Of a stretch of DNA of 64,000 bases, positions 47,626-57,518 are shown one piece after another. This DNA is from Candidatus Micrarchaeota archaeon (lineage in GTDB: Archaea; Micrarchaeota; Micrarchaeia; Anstonellales; Bilamarchaeaceae). The position numbers and the translations under genes are program-made. The notes beneath the pieces are model-generated. The model did no database searches and was not told the origin of the DNA. It worked only from the letters and a program-made list of their open reading frames with translations. The stretch is from the NCBI GenBank assembly GCA_043827025.1, contig JBDRPL010000009.1:17604-81603 (forward strand). Reading direction: 5' to 3'. The stretch's first letter is position 1. Each line of letters opens with the position of its first letter.

Positions 47626-48375
47626 TTATTTCTTCCACTTAATCAATTGTTCAAGCCTTTCCTTGTCAAGGAAATCCATTTCGTTGTTGCACTTCGTGCA
47701 TTTGAAGCTGGATTCACTTGCGCTTTCGAATGGTGTGATGCTTTCCATTCCGCAGTCGGTGCAGAAATAGTGGTCTCCGCTTTCAAGGTATTCCTTATGT
47801 TTGCTTTCAATGCTTCCAACGACCCAGTTTTTTATTCTTGCCCTGTTCAATTTCCAGCTGTAAGAATACCATCCAGTTTCACTGTCCTTATCTCTGAAAT
47901 AACTTACCAATCCTGTGCTATGCAATTTGTTTAATGTTGCACGAACGTCGCTTATTTTTATCTTCAGTTTCTTTGCAATATCATCGTCACTTGGATGTCC
48001 TTTGAAATTCCTAACTATTTCCAATGAGTTTTCTCCTGCAAGATCTATGAGCAATTGTCTGGCATATGCATCCTGCAAAACTACGTTCAATCTATCTATT
48101 TCCATCAGCTCGAGCTTGTCCCTCTCCCTTTGCAATGTCCTTTCATCCGGCATTTTTGGAGGTTCTGGCTTCTTAAGAATCGCCTTTCCTTTTACAAGCT
48201 TCAGGTTTTTTGATGTTTTAGCCTTGATCTTTACAGCCTTTACGATTTTGATAACGTTTTTCTTTGCTGGTTTTGCCTTTAGCTTTGTTTTAATTGCCCT
48301 TACTTTCGCCACGCTCTTTCCAGTTGCCTTTTTGCTTGTTTTTTGTTTTGATTTGGATTTAGATTTAATAGCCAA
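47626..48375 (-). CDS. tfe: Transcription factor E (TFE alpha) with Lys-rich N-terminal extension
   Basis: VR..L.KL...GLV.Y.R.KD..TGWY.Y.W winged helix plus Zn ribbon (CTDC, F.C..C); TTG start after AGGTGA. Confidence 0.88.
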   Translation of the reverse strand: MAIKSKSKSKQKTSKKATGKSVAKVRAIKTKLKAKPAKKNVIKIVKAVKIKAKTSKNLKLVKGKAILKKPEPPKMPDERTLQRERDKLELMEIDRLNVVLQDAYARQLLIDLAGENSLEIVRNFKGHPSDDDIAKKLKIKISDVRATLNKLHSTGLVSYFRDKDSETGWYSYSWKLNRARIKNWVVGSIESKHKEYLESGDHYFCTDCGMESITPFESASESSFKCTKCNNEMDFLDKERLEQLIKWKK

Positions 48376-48522
48376 TTTACTCACCTTGCATTCATAATTA
48401 CGCAATTTTCATATTTAAACCTTTGTATTCACGCCGGAGAAAATGGTCTAAAAACACAGTTTTTTATGAAAAACAACGGTTTGAGCTGTTTGTTATAAAC
48501 GGAGGTTTATAATTCCCTATTT

Positions 48523-49140
48523 CTATTTCTTGTTCTTGGCCAAAACCCAGAACTGTTTTTCTCCACCTAGTTTGAGTATTTTGCTCCACATTATCTCAAA
48601 ACCAGCATCTTCAATGAGTTTGGATGTCTTTTTGGGACTGTAAAAACTCCAAAACATTGGCACTCCTAGGTAATCCTTTTCATATCCCTCCCATCCGTTT
48701 GCGTCAATTCCAGAAGCATTGATGAATATAATCGCATTAGGTTTGAGGATCTTGTGGAGTTTTTTATATATCCTCTCATGTTTTTTACGAGGTATGTGGA
48801 TCAAAGCATAGAAAGAAACTGCTCCGTCGAAAGAATTCAGCCTGAATCTCATCTTTGTTGCATCCATTCTTATAAATTTGGCCTTTGGAACATTTTTTTT
48901 GGCAAGTTTGATCATGCCATGTGCAAAATCTATGCCCACTACGCAATATCCCTTCTCAATAAGAAACTTGGCTATTGGAATGCCTGCACCACAACCCAGA
49001 TCAAGAACCTTGCCCTTTGGAAGTTGTTTTGAGAATTTAGCTAACAGAGCATTGTTTTTGTATCTGCCTCGCTGTTCATGATATATTTTAGCAATTTTCG
49101 TATATCCTTTACGAACAAGTTCAGATTTTGGTTTTGACAT
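48523..49140 (-). CDS. Class I SAM-dependent methyltransferase
   Basis: VLDLGCGAG, FDG....ALIH. Confidence 0.9.
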   Translation of the reverse strand: MSKPKSELVRKGYTKIAKIYHEQRGRYKNNALLAKFSKQLPKGKVLDLGCGAGIPIAKFLIEKGYCVVGIDFAHGMIKLAKKNVPKAKFIRMDATKMRFRLNSFDGAVSFYALIHIPRKKHERIYKKLHKILKPNAIIFINASGIDANGWEGYEKDYLGVPMFWSFYSPKKTSKLIEDAGFEIMWSKILKLGGEKQFWVLAKNKK

Positions 49141-49199
49141 AGTTTTCGATTGTATGTATAAGGGCCATCTTTTAATAATCTTTCAAACCATCTTTTTTC

Positions 49200-49790
49200 A
49201 TGCCAATCGAGTCTGATGTCTTTGATTCTGTTTACGAGCCTGCGGAAGACACCTACTTGCTGGAGAAACATGCAAGGAATCTCAAAGGCAGAGTCCTTGA
49301 AATTGGGTGCGGTTCAGGCTATGTTGCAATCTCGAATGCGAAAAACAATCCTGATAATGAAGTGATCGGCGTTGACATCAATAAGGAAGCAGTTAGAAAT
49401 GCCATTCATAATGCCAAGAAAAACAACGTAATGAATGCCCATTTCTTCTACAGTAATCTCTTTTCAAAAGTGAAAGGTAAGTTCGATGCCATATTCTTCA
49501 ACCCCCCGTACCTGCCGACTGAAAAAAGTGATAAGGTCAAGGGCGAACTGAATAAGGCGTTTGACGGGGGAAAGGACGGCCGGCTAGTTTTAGACAGATT
49601 CCTATCCAAGTTCGATAAGTATTTGAAGAAAGACGGCACTCTATTGCTAGTACAAAGCTCTCTAAATAATAAAGACAAGTCAATCCAAATTCTGTCAAAA
49701 AAAGGCTTTAAGGCCGATGTCATCGACCAGCAAAGCTTCTTTTTTGAGACATTGTTTGTCTTAAGGTCGGAAAAAAAATCCAGTCATTAG
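49200..49790 (+). CDS. HemK2/N6AMT1-type release-factor glutamine methyltransferase
   Basis: VYEPAEDT, LEIGCGSG, FNPPY, GG.DG. Confidence 0.9.
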   Translation: MPIESDVFDSVYEPAEDTYLLEKHARNLKGRVLEIGCGSGYVAISNAKNNPDNEVIGVDINKEAVRNAIHNAKKNNVMNAHFFYSNLFSKVKGKFDAIFFNPPYLPTEKSDKVKGELNKAFDGGKDGRLVLDRFLSKFDKYLKKDGTLLLVQSSLNNKDKSIQILSKKGFKADVIDQQSFFFETLFVLRSEKKSSH

Positions 49791-49792
49791 AA

Positions 49793-50800
49793 CTATGCCC
49801 ATATTCTACGTTGATGGCTCAGAATCTTTTGGACTTCCTCAGTTAATTCTCGTTGTACTCCTGAATTTGGATCACACACTATTCTTCGAAGTGCCGCTAG
49901 TTCTTCTTCAGATCTAAAGGTACATACTAGCTCACTAAGAATGCCATCAGCCCTATTCGTCCCTGTCCAATATGCATGCTGAATTGCACTGCTCAAAAGG
50001 GTTAGCCTTGCATCTAATGTTTCCATTGGGTGTTCTTTTGAAAGCAAAGCAACTGCTTGTGCCATTGCTGTTAAGAGGGGATAAAGCCTATTGTTATGCC
50101 ACATGCCATTATTTCTTGCAAGACGTTCTGCAGTTCTTGCAAATTCCACAGTTATGTCTGGTGCAAGCACATATCCTTTTTTCTCATCGTACTTGGTAAA
50201 CATTTCTCCAGAAATAGGAAGAATGTGTTGAGTACTTAATCTTAATTTAGCAAGAACTGCTACATTTCCAATGTCTTGAGGCATTGATTCAAACCTGGGG
50301 TCTGCAAGAAGATGAACATTTCTAAGAAGTATCTGAAGTTGTGCTCTAAGAACTGCAGTTTCAAAAACATCATAGTGGCCATCATGTCTAGGATCATTCT
50401 TTCTATTATTTGTGTGGGATTGGGCAAAAGCACAATTTTGTGCTATACCTCCAAGTACCTCAAAAAATTTGTCTGAAAGTGCTAAACCAGAACTTATAAG
50501 GCCATCAAGCGCGTTTTTGAATGTTGCAGCATAGTCCTGCGTATCAATCCGAACATCAAATGGAGACGATTCTGAAGAACGTCTATCTGGTGCGATTATT
50601 TCAATTGTTGCAGGAAGTTGAGCTGGTTTCAAAAGTTGTTGTGCAAAAACTCTTTCATGAGATGGTAACTCCTCAGGTAGGTTCTTTTCTAGAACCCTTA
50701 TTCGTACGCCTGTCATTTTCTCTTCGGTCCATACTCCTGAACCTTTAATTCCAATCATTGCCCCTGTTTGTCTTGCAAATTGATGCATTAAAGTTACCAT
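49793..50800 (-). CDS. Orphan hypothetical protein (335 aa)
   Basis: Long standalone ORF, TATA-like TTTATAATTATA upstream. Confidence 0.65.
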   Translation of the reverse strand: MVTLMHQFARQTGAMIGIKGSGVWTEEKMTGVRIRVLEKNLPEELPSHERVFAQQLLKPAQLPATIEIIAPDRRSSESSPFDVRIDTQDYAATFKNALDGLISSGLALSDKFFEVLGGIAQNCAFAQSHTNNRKNDPRHDGHYDVFETAVLRAQLQILLRNVHLLADPRFESMPQDIGNVAVLAKLRLSTQHILPISGEMFTKYDEKKGYVLAPDITVEFARTAERLARNNGMWHNNRLYPLLTAMAQAVALLSKEHPMETLDARLTLLSSAIQHAYWTGTNRADGILSELVCTFRSEEELAALRRIVCDPNSGVQRELTEEVQKILSHQRRIWA

Positions 50801-50877
50801 AGCATATGTTGTTTAATGGTTATAATTATAAATCCCTTCTTTTCTCATTTTATAACAACTTTTTCTAATATTTATTA

Positions 50878-50970
50878 GGTGTCAGACGCTGTTAGCTTCA
50901 TCACAGGAACTTTCGACATTATAGGAATTATCAGAAAGCCCATCAGAGGTTGTTCACGTCATCATTCGTA
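50878..50970 (-). ncRNA. Box C/D guide sRNA
   Basis: C ATGATGA (50965-50959), D' CTGA (50946-50943), C' GTGATGA (50904-50898), D CTGA (50885-50882), 12-nt guides; TTTTATAAA upstream. Confidence 0.85.
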
Positions 50971-51043
50971 GTATATTATGATAAATAGAGTTTATAAAAT
51001 AGCTGCCGCTACTGATTTGAAAAAATAATATAAAAAAGAAAGT

Positions 51044-51571
51044 TTATTCCTTCTTTCTCTCGTCTTCTATTTGGACAAGGTCTTCCATTGAAACAAGGTC
51101 ATCTTCGAATCCGCCCATCTTAACGCCTTTCTTGCTTGTATTCTTTATTACGCGAACTTCGTCATACATGCCCTTTAAGCCATCTCTTATGGTCTTGAGC
51201 TCTGTTTCAATAGTAGTAATCTCTTTTTCAGCATCAAGTATGTCCTGCTCAACGAGCCTCTTCTTTCTTCTTGCCCATTCTATTTCCCTTACTTTGGCAA
51301 GCTCGTCATCGACTTTCTTGACTTCCTTTAGCCATTCTCTCTCGAGTTTTGGAGTGTAAGCCTGGGTGGATATTCGGAATTCCAAAGCTCTTTTCATTTG
51401 CCTTAAAGGCGCTATTCTGACATCTTTGGTCTTCTCTACAAACGGTTCAAGAGCTTTCTGCTCATATCTTTTGTGCCTCAATCTCTTGTTGAGCTGCTGT
51501 ATCCTTTCAATCAGCTGAGCTTTCTTCTGCTCTGATTCCGTTATCTTGTCCCTAAGTTCTTTCTCTTCCAT
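51044..51571 (-). CDS. Coiled-coil hypothetical protein
   Basis: Extended heptads; GTGATG upstream. Confidence 0.7.
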   Translation of the reverse strand: MEEKELRDKITESEQKKAQLIERIQQLNKRLRHKRYEQKALEPFVEKTKDVRIAPLRQMKRALEFRISTQAYTPKLEREWLKEVKKVDDELAKVREIEWARRKKRLVEQDILDAEKEITTIETELKTIRDGLKGMYDEVRVIKNTSKKGVKMGGFEDDLVSMEDLVQIEDERKKE

Positions 51572-51672
51572 TACATCACGTAAAATAAGCGTTTTGTATC
51601 TACACTTTATTTAAGAAAAGGTATAAAAAGGTATCGTGGAGTCTATTGGCATTCGGCGTATATCTCTGCGCG

Positions 51673-52308
51673 TTATTTCGCTGCCAATCTTATTGGTCTT
51701 TTCATTTCGATTTCTTCTGGGCCTTTGTACATTGGATCATACGCCGCCCTATAAGCTTCTCGGTATAAGTTCTCCGAGCCCTCTTTTTTTCCTGCTTTGG
51801 CTAGTCGTATTGCATCCTTAACTAAAGTCTCTACGTGGTCTCTCTTGTTTTCCGGCAAGTATTGGGTTGTCGTAGAGTGCACTCCCAGCACAATGTCCAT
51901 GCTATCTTTTGGCATTGTAAACTTCTGGGGTTTTTTAGCATAATTCGCAAGATATTGCGCTGCCCTGCCATATGATCCATCATGCCTTGCGATGTCCCCG
52001 GCTTCTTGGAGAATTTTTGGAGGGATATACACATGCCTTTTCTCCTGGTAATATTGTATTTCCCACCTTATGGCAGCTTCTGGCTCTTTTTTTGCAAGGT
52101 ATTCAAACGCCTTCTTAATGATCTCAGGTTTTGTCTCTGTTTTCGCTTTCCTTTCGACGAATCCGATCATATCTTCAGTTAGTTTGAATCCCATTTGATG
52201 GCTTAGATTCCTAAGTGTCATTTCTATTGGATTTGCTTTCCTAACCTCTTCCTCAGTAAAATCCATTTTTTTTAATCTTTCTGCCATATTTATATTTCTA
52301 CTTTCCAA
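51673..52308 (-). CDS. Hypothetical helical protein
   Basis: 211-aa ORF; no recognised motif. Confidence 0.6.
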   Translation of the reverse strand: MESRNINMAERLKKMDFTEEEVRKANPIEMTLRNLSHQMGFKLTEDMIGFVERKAKTETKPEIIKKAFEYLAKKEPEAAIRWEIQYYQEKRHVYIPPKILQEAGDIARHDGSYGRAAQYLANYAKKPQKFTMPKDSMDIVLGVHSTTTQYLPENKRDHVETLVKDAIRLAKAGKKEGSENLYREAYRAAYDPMYKGPEEIEMKRPIRLAAK

Positions 52309-52337
52309 TATTTAAATATTATCTTTGAATATGTTTT

Positions 52338-52799
52338 ATGGCTCTGGAAAAGAAAGAGGCTTACCTCAAGCAGATAATCATTTATCTCAACAAGCGTGAC
52401 TTTGCCAAGGCCTTTTCGCTCGCCCAGGAATTCACCCAGAAATTTCCTGATGGCTTGATATCTCATTTTTTCCTTGCCAAATCTGCCTTTTATCTCAAGG
52501 ATTATGGAGTTGCTGAATCAGAAGCAAGAAAGGCATTCAATCTATCTAACAAAGCAGATCTGGTCAGCACCGGCATTCTTCTCTCAAGCATTTTATATGC
52601 CAAGAACAAGCTGAAGGAAGGGTATGGAGTGCTAGAGTCAGTGCAGGGTTGTGTGGCAAATGTAAAAGAAGTGCAGGAACTCATGGCCATATTTTCATTG
52701 GCATTGAACAATCCGGAAAGAGCGGCAATGCATATGGGCAAACTCCTCGACATAAACAAAACATATGCAGACGATTTTATCCTTAGTCTTATGGGCTGA
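52338..52799 (+). CDS. TPR-like protein
   Basis: Helical repeats (LA...F...DY..A...A.KA..L). Confidence 0.65.
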   Translation: MALEKKEAYLKQIIIYLNKRDFAKAFSLAQEFTQKFPDGLISHFFLAKSAFYLKDYGVAESEARKAFNLSNKADLVSTGILLSSILYAKNKLKEGYGVLESVQGCVANVKEVQELMAIFSLALNNPERAAMHMGKLLDINKTYADDFILSLMG

Positions 52800-52877
52800 T
52801 GCTGGAAAGTGGTTTGTTACCTGCCCAGTTAAGGTTATAAAACCAACTTCTTATAGTCATTTTCAAGAGGTGTAGAT

Positions 52878-53282
52878 ATGATAACAGGCGGAAAGATAGT
52901 TGAAATGATTGCAGAAAGGCAAAAGGATGACAAAATAGCGAACTTTGATACTCAAATAGAATTTACTGATTTTGAGGTTGATGGCGAGACAGTTACTGTT
53001 TCCTACACTTATCTGATAAATTATGATGATGGTTCAAGCTTCATAAGAATGAAAGGTAAGTTCTTTGGGAAAGAGGATAAGAAAACAGCCCAAGACCTGA
53101 AAAACAGATGGTTAAAGACCAAGAAAGTCCCCACAGACTATGTAGAACCTGTTCTTGGGTCTCTAAATGCAGAAGGCATATACAATGCAACTCTTGTATC
53201 AAGAATTGTCGGATTGCCTGCACCAATAAGGATACCAAAAATACAGTTTGATGATCCTAAGAGTGCACCTGCTAAGAAGTAA
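52878..53282 (+). CDS. Conserved-type archaeal hypothetical protein
   Basis: GAGGTG SD; beta-sheet then helix, ending GLPAPI.IP. Confidence 0.65.
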   Translation: MITGGKIVEMIAERQKDDKIANFDTQIEFTDFEVDGETVTVSYTYLINYDDGSSFIRMKGKFFGKEDKKTAQDLKNRWLKTKKVPTDYVEPVLGSLNAEGIYNATLVSRIVGLPAPIRIPKIQFDDPKSAPAKK

Positions 53283-54351
53283 CTGCACTTCCTTTAAGAA
53301 GGAAGAATATTGCAACATTTTCTTTCAATTCTTTTGTTTCATCTTTTTTGAACTCTAATGTTTCGTTTCCTATTTCCAGGTTTTCAATGTCTTCTGTGAA
53401 CTTGATTTTTATTTCCTTGGTCGAAGTGAGGAGTGCGTCTTTCATCGGGTCAAAGGATTCGATATTTCTAACGACCTTGGCAATCATGCCAGTCTCCCCA
53501 TGAATGCTGTTTGGCACCCTTATTAGTTTGCTTATGTCCTGGGTGACTCCGGAATCTGTTTCAACAGACTTAAGCGGAAGTTCTTTGGCAACCTCCTCTA
53601 GGCGGGGCATCAAATCCTTGACAGAATCAAGCACACTCCAGTTTCCCTGTTCTATCCCTTTGATTGCATTCGCTCGTTCATTTTCTTTTTTGAATTTTCT
53701 GGAAATGCCACTGAGTTTTTTTATGGTTTCCCTTGCAAACCTTCCCCTATATCCGTTTTCAAAAGGAGTTGGGCCGATGAGCTTTGTTATCTTGGTGCCA
53801 GGAACTTCTATTCTTTCAAAGAAGTTCTCGTAATTCATTCCTGTGCCTTGTACATAGTCTACTATCTCTTTCCTTTCATCGCTTCTCAGATCAAGGTATT
53901 CTTCTTCCCTTACATGTATGTGGTATCCCCTGTTGCCTGAAAACACAAGCATCAGATTCTTTTTCTTTATGCCGAAATCAGCAACCAGGATTTCTTCCAT
54001 CAATCGTATTGCATCTTCTTTTACTGTCGGGAGCTTTTTGTATATCTCATACTTGCCTTTTGTGTGAAGGTCAAGATCAAATACAAGGTCAGCGCCCATC
54101 CAGTCTTTCTTTTCTATAGGCGTTGCATCTGGATACCTATAATATGCAGTTGAATGAGATGTGAAAAGTGGCGTATTTGACGCAAGATAGGTTCGGAATG
54201 TGTCTATGCTGTTGAAACTCAAATGGCGTGCATCTATCTTTTTCCTGTTCCCTATACCAAACTCCCTGGTTTCAGGCTTGAGTATTTCAAGGTCTGCATC
54301 TCTATAGTATTCCTTGAGCCTGTCGATTATGAAGTCATACATTTTGGCCAC
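53272..54351 (-). CDS. priS: DNA primase catalytic subunit
   Basis: REFG, DLVFDLD, FSGNRGYH, LIRVPNSIH. Confidence 0.95.
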   Translation of the reverse strand: MAKMYDFIIDRLKEYYRDADLEILKPETREFGIGNRKKIDARHLSFNSIDTFRTYLASNTPLFTSHSTAYYRYPDATPIEKKDWMGADLVFDLDLHTKGKYEIYKKLPTVKEDAIRLMEEILVADFGIKKKNLMLVFSGNRGYHIHVREEEYLDLRSDERKEIVDYVQGTGMNYENFFERIEVPGTKITKLIGPTPFENGYRGRFARETIKKLSGISRKFKKENERANAIKGIEQGNWSVLDSVKDLMPRLEEVAKELPLKSVETDSGVTQDISKLIRVPNSIHGETGMIAKVVRNIESFDPMKDALLTSTKEIKIKFTEDIENLEIGNETLEFKKDETKELKENVAIFFLLKGSAVTS

Positions 54352-55261
54352 TCTTTTGAGATCTCCAATTCAACGGCGTACCAATTCTGCAATTTGCACA
54401 GCACAAGCCATAACTCAATATCTTGCTACATGCAGGAGTCACATAGCCCCGTTTCACCATGTGTTCCACTTGATACCTTGTTATCCTTTCATCATAATCT
54501 GGGAGATTGGAGAAAATCTGAATTATTTTTTCAACATCCATCCTTCTGTTCATTAGATAAACCCCTAGAAAGAATCTTTCCTGGTGTGAAAGATTCTCAT
54601 GCTTAGATGTCCTTTCAAATATCTTCTCTATACACGGCGGATTCTCTCCTGCATCAAGCGAGAAATTCTGAGGCTCTATCTTTGGAAGGAGTTCTTTCAA
54701 TTCGTTTTCAGCATCCCTTATGCTTTTTGGAGGATTGCCGACATGAGGTATCTTTTCAAGATGGCGCCTCATTGCCTCCTCCAGTATTCGGATTTCTTCC
54801 CTTGCATTTATCAGAACTTTGCCATCAACAATTTTCCTGTTTATTATCTTGTAATCAATTGATTTCGGAGCGAATTTGAGAAAGCTTGGCAGGGAAAGAT
54901 AACTCTCTTTTTCAGTAGCTGTTTTGTTTATGTTGAACATTTTTTCTATTCTTTCTATGTCCTCGTCTGTCTTTATGGATGATGCCATTACCTTGGATTC
55001 AGCAACTGCGAATTTGTTTGTAAGATAGCGGTTTCGCATATATCCAAGCAGTACTCGTGCAGCAGCATAAGACGCAATCTCTTCTATTTTTTCATTCTCA
55101 TGCAAATCGAACTTGGTAGCTGCCTTGCCTGAAATGTCATTCTTTATCCTTTCAACTGCCTTTGCAACTATCATCTCATTAAGCTGGATGCCCATCTTTT
55201 CTATCGCTTGTTTTGCCTCATCGGTGAAAGGGAATTTGACAGCAAAATCTAGGTTTTCCAT
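54335..55261 (-). CDS. priL: DNA primase large subunit
   Basis: FPF, PPCI, H.ERF, YQVEH, P.C......LC...C Fe-S ligands. Confidence 0.92.
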   Translation of the reverse strand: MENLDFAVKFPFTDEAKQAIEKMGIQLNEMIVAKAVERIKNDISGKAATKFDLHENEKIEEIASYAAARVLLGYMRNRYLTNKFAVAESKVMASSIKTDEDIERIEKMFNINKTATEKESYLSLPSFLKFAPKSIDYKIINRKIVDGKVLINAREEIRILEEAMRRHLEKIPHVGNPPKSIRDAENELKELLPKIEPQNFSLDAGENPPCIEKIFERTSKHENLSHQERFFLGVYLMNRRMDVEKIIQIFSNLPDYDERITRYQVEHMVKRGYVTPACSKILSYGLCCANCRIGTPLNWRSQKSGQNV

Positions 55262-55306
55262 AATTTGATTTGGTAGCCATCAAGTTAAAAAATCACCTGG
55301 GCGAAC

Positions 55307-55822
55307 CTAGAACTTCAGCTTCACCTTCTTAGAATAGGTCTTGATTGCTGCAATGTATCCTATGTCGAATGCCAGTATACCAAACAGGTAATCCCAGTTT
55401 CCTGCAAAGACGAAAACCAATGCCCCCATCTTGAGGAATGGCCTGTAGTTTGCCAATGGCGCAAACTTTCCCATCCACTCTACCTCATCAAGCATTGCCA
55501 ATATCCAAAAGAATGCGAATATGGCTGGATCAAGATAAGGCACCCCATAGATGAAAGTCGATGCAATTGCAACAAAGAAGCCAAGTACATGGCCTTTGCA
55601 ATCTATCTTCATTGCAAATACTTGCGCAAACAGGGCGGCTATGAATAGTGTCGAGAAAGGAGAGTTGGATATCAAAAATCCAATCAAAAGACCGTAGGCA
55701 ATTGCCAAAGGATATTTTATCTTTGATTTATGCTTTGTCTCGTCTTCTATGTGATCTACGAGTTTTACTAGAAAACCAGCAATAAGTGCAATTACAAGAT
55801 ATGCTATCAGCATCATGTCCAT
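55307..55822 (-). CDS. Hypothetical multi-TM protein
   Basis: 5-6 TM helices with KLVD, KID..GH, LDE, FD.GY polar residues. Confidence 0.7.
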   Translation of the reverse strand: MDMMLIAYLVIALIAGFLVKLVDHIEDETKHKSKIKYPLAIAYGLLIGFLISNSPFSTLFIAALFAQVFAMKIDCKGHVLGFFVAIASTFIYGVPYLDPAIFAFFWILAMLDEVEWMGKFAPLANYRPFLKMGALVFVFAGNWDYLFGILAFDIGYIAAIKTYSKKVKLKF

Positions 55823-55861
55823 AACAGGTTATCGAACGCAATATTTAAGAAAGATTGACCT

Positions 55862-56743
55862 TCAGATAAACTTCTTCATTATCAATGGCAAAGCAATGGT
55901 TGCGTCGCAGTCAACTGTCACTGATTTAGCAGTTTCACTTATTTTTCCCCAGGAAACTGCTTCATTCGTTCTTGCGCCTGAGAGCGAGCCATCCCATGGT
56001 GAAGATGTTGTAACATAAACTGCGTAATCGAGTCCCCCCCGTAATATATTGACTCCGATTGTGTGGTGCTTTGATATCCCCCCACCAAGAATTATCCCAC
56101 TAGTTTTATCTGCTTCAAGAACTATCTGCGCCAGTTTGTTCATGTCTTTGGTAACATCAATCCCGAATTCCTTGTCTTTTTGTTTGTGGAAATATGTCTG
56201 CAATCCTATTGCGGAATCAGTTATGCCTGGACAAAATACTGGAATCTTGTTTTTCTGTGCCCAGTATAAGAATGAAGTTTCGTCAAGCGTCTTCCCAATC
56301 TCTTCGCACAACTCACTCGGCGAAACCATCTTTCCATGAAAGTGCTCAAATATTGGCTTCATTCTCTTTTCCAGTTCAACATAGCATTTGTTTGGCACAA
56401 GTATGTTTCCAATCCGGTTTATCTCTTTCCTGTGCAATTCAGCATCATCCATAGAAAAATCGCCAAGTTGGTATGGGACGTAGGTTTTGATGAGGTCGTG
56501 GTCAATACTTCCGCCTGCAGTTATTATTACATCTACGAGTTTCTTTTTGCACATCTCTTTGAAAATTCCACGAAGGCCTGAAGCAACCATGTTTGAGGTG
56601 AATGATAAGAAGATTGTTGATTTTTCTTGCTTCATCTTTTTGATCAGGTCAATTGCCCTTGATATGTTTGTAGCCTGAAAACCAATACTCTCATAATCCG
56701 CAGGATAATCTTTGATTTCCATAGTATTAATAGGAGGTAGCAA
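55862..56743 (-). CDS. dys: Deoxyhypusine synthase
   Basis: GFQA, TSNMVASGLR, INRIGN, GGGISKHH, DGSLSGA...EAVSWGK. Confidence 0.95.
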   Translation of the reverse strand: MLPPINTMEIKDYPADYESIGFQATNISRAIDLIKKMKQEKSTIFLSFTSNMVASGLRGIFKEMCKKKLVDVIITAGGSIDHDLIKTYVPYQLGDFSMDDAELHRKEINRIGNILVPNKCYVELEKRMKPIFEHFHGKMVSPSELCEEIGKTLDETSFLYWAQKNKIPVFCPGITDSAIGLQTYFHKQKDKEFGIDVTKDMNKLAQIVLEADKTSGIILGGGISKHHTIGVNILRGGLDYAVYVTTSSPWDGSLSGARTNEAVSWGKISETAKSVTVDCDATIALPLIMKKFI

Positions 56744-56774
56744 GTATTAAAAAAAGCAATAGTTATATTCCTCC

Positions 56775-57434
56775 ATGGGATTTTTGGAGTTGGTCATAGA
56801 TCGTTTTTTCGTGCTTGTACAGGCACCTTTGGAGAGTCAGCAACTTCTTTGGGCAGCAACTCCCCTTGTAATTGCAACACTGTTCATGACTCTTTATTTT
56901 GGGAAATACAGCAAAGAAGAACTGGGTTGGAACACTGCCTTTGGAAACACCATGGTTTTTCTTTTTGTTTCCATAAACCTCATTCATTTTATGTACTATT
57001 CTACCGAAGGAGGTTCAATGGAGGTTCTTTCCCATAGTAATCTCTATTTTTCCATAACTATTGGATTAGTTATGGTTGCATTATTTTTCATGATTGTCAC
57101 CTATTATCATCTGCTTCCAAAGAAAGTCGCATTCTTCCTTTTTTCAGCACCTCCTGTAAATGTCTCAGTGTATGTCCTGATGGTCATCATCTATCTCAAT
57201 CTGCCTGCCGATGAAGTTACTCTTGTGGCAGGGGCAATTCTGCTAGTAATCATATTCGCAATTGTAAAGGTCATTCAAACTCTTGAACATGCTGCAAGCA
57301 AGCCTGATGGCGTTTCTCTTTCGGACATTTCACAGGAAAGCTCTCATAACTCAAATGTTCTTGCCCAGCTCAAAAAGAAGAATAAGATAATTTTGGAGAA
57401 GAAGAAACAACTTGAGCAAGAAACAAAACCCTAG
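56775..57434 (+). CDS. Hypothetical membrane protein
   Basis: ~5 TM helices; EELGWNTA.GN motif. Confidence 0.7.
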   Translation: MGFLELVIDRFFVLVQAPLESQQLLWAATPLVIATLFMTLYFGKYSKEELGWNTAFGNTMVFLFVSINLIHFMYYSTEGGSMEVLSHSNLYFSITIGLVMVALFFMIVTYYHLLPKKVAFFLFSAPPVNVSVYVLMVIIYLNLPADEVTLVAGAILLVIIFAIVKVIQTLEHAASKPDGVSLSDISQESSHNSNVLAQLKKKNKIILEKKKQLEQETKP

Positions 57435-57518
57435 TCTAGACCAACTGATTGAGTAACTTCTTGACCTTTTTTTGCCTCAACATCTAGTTATTTATATGAG
57501 TGATGTGATATCGTCATT

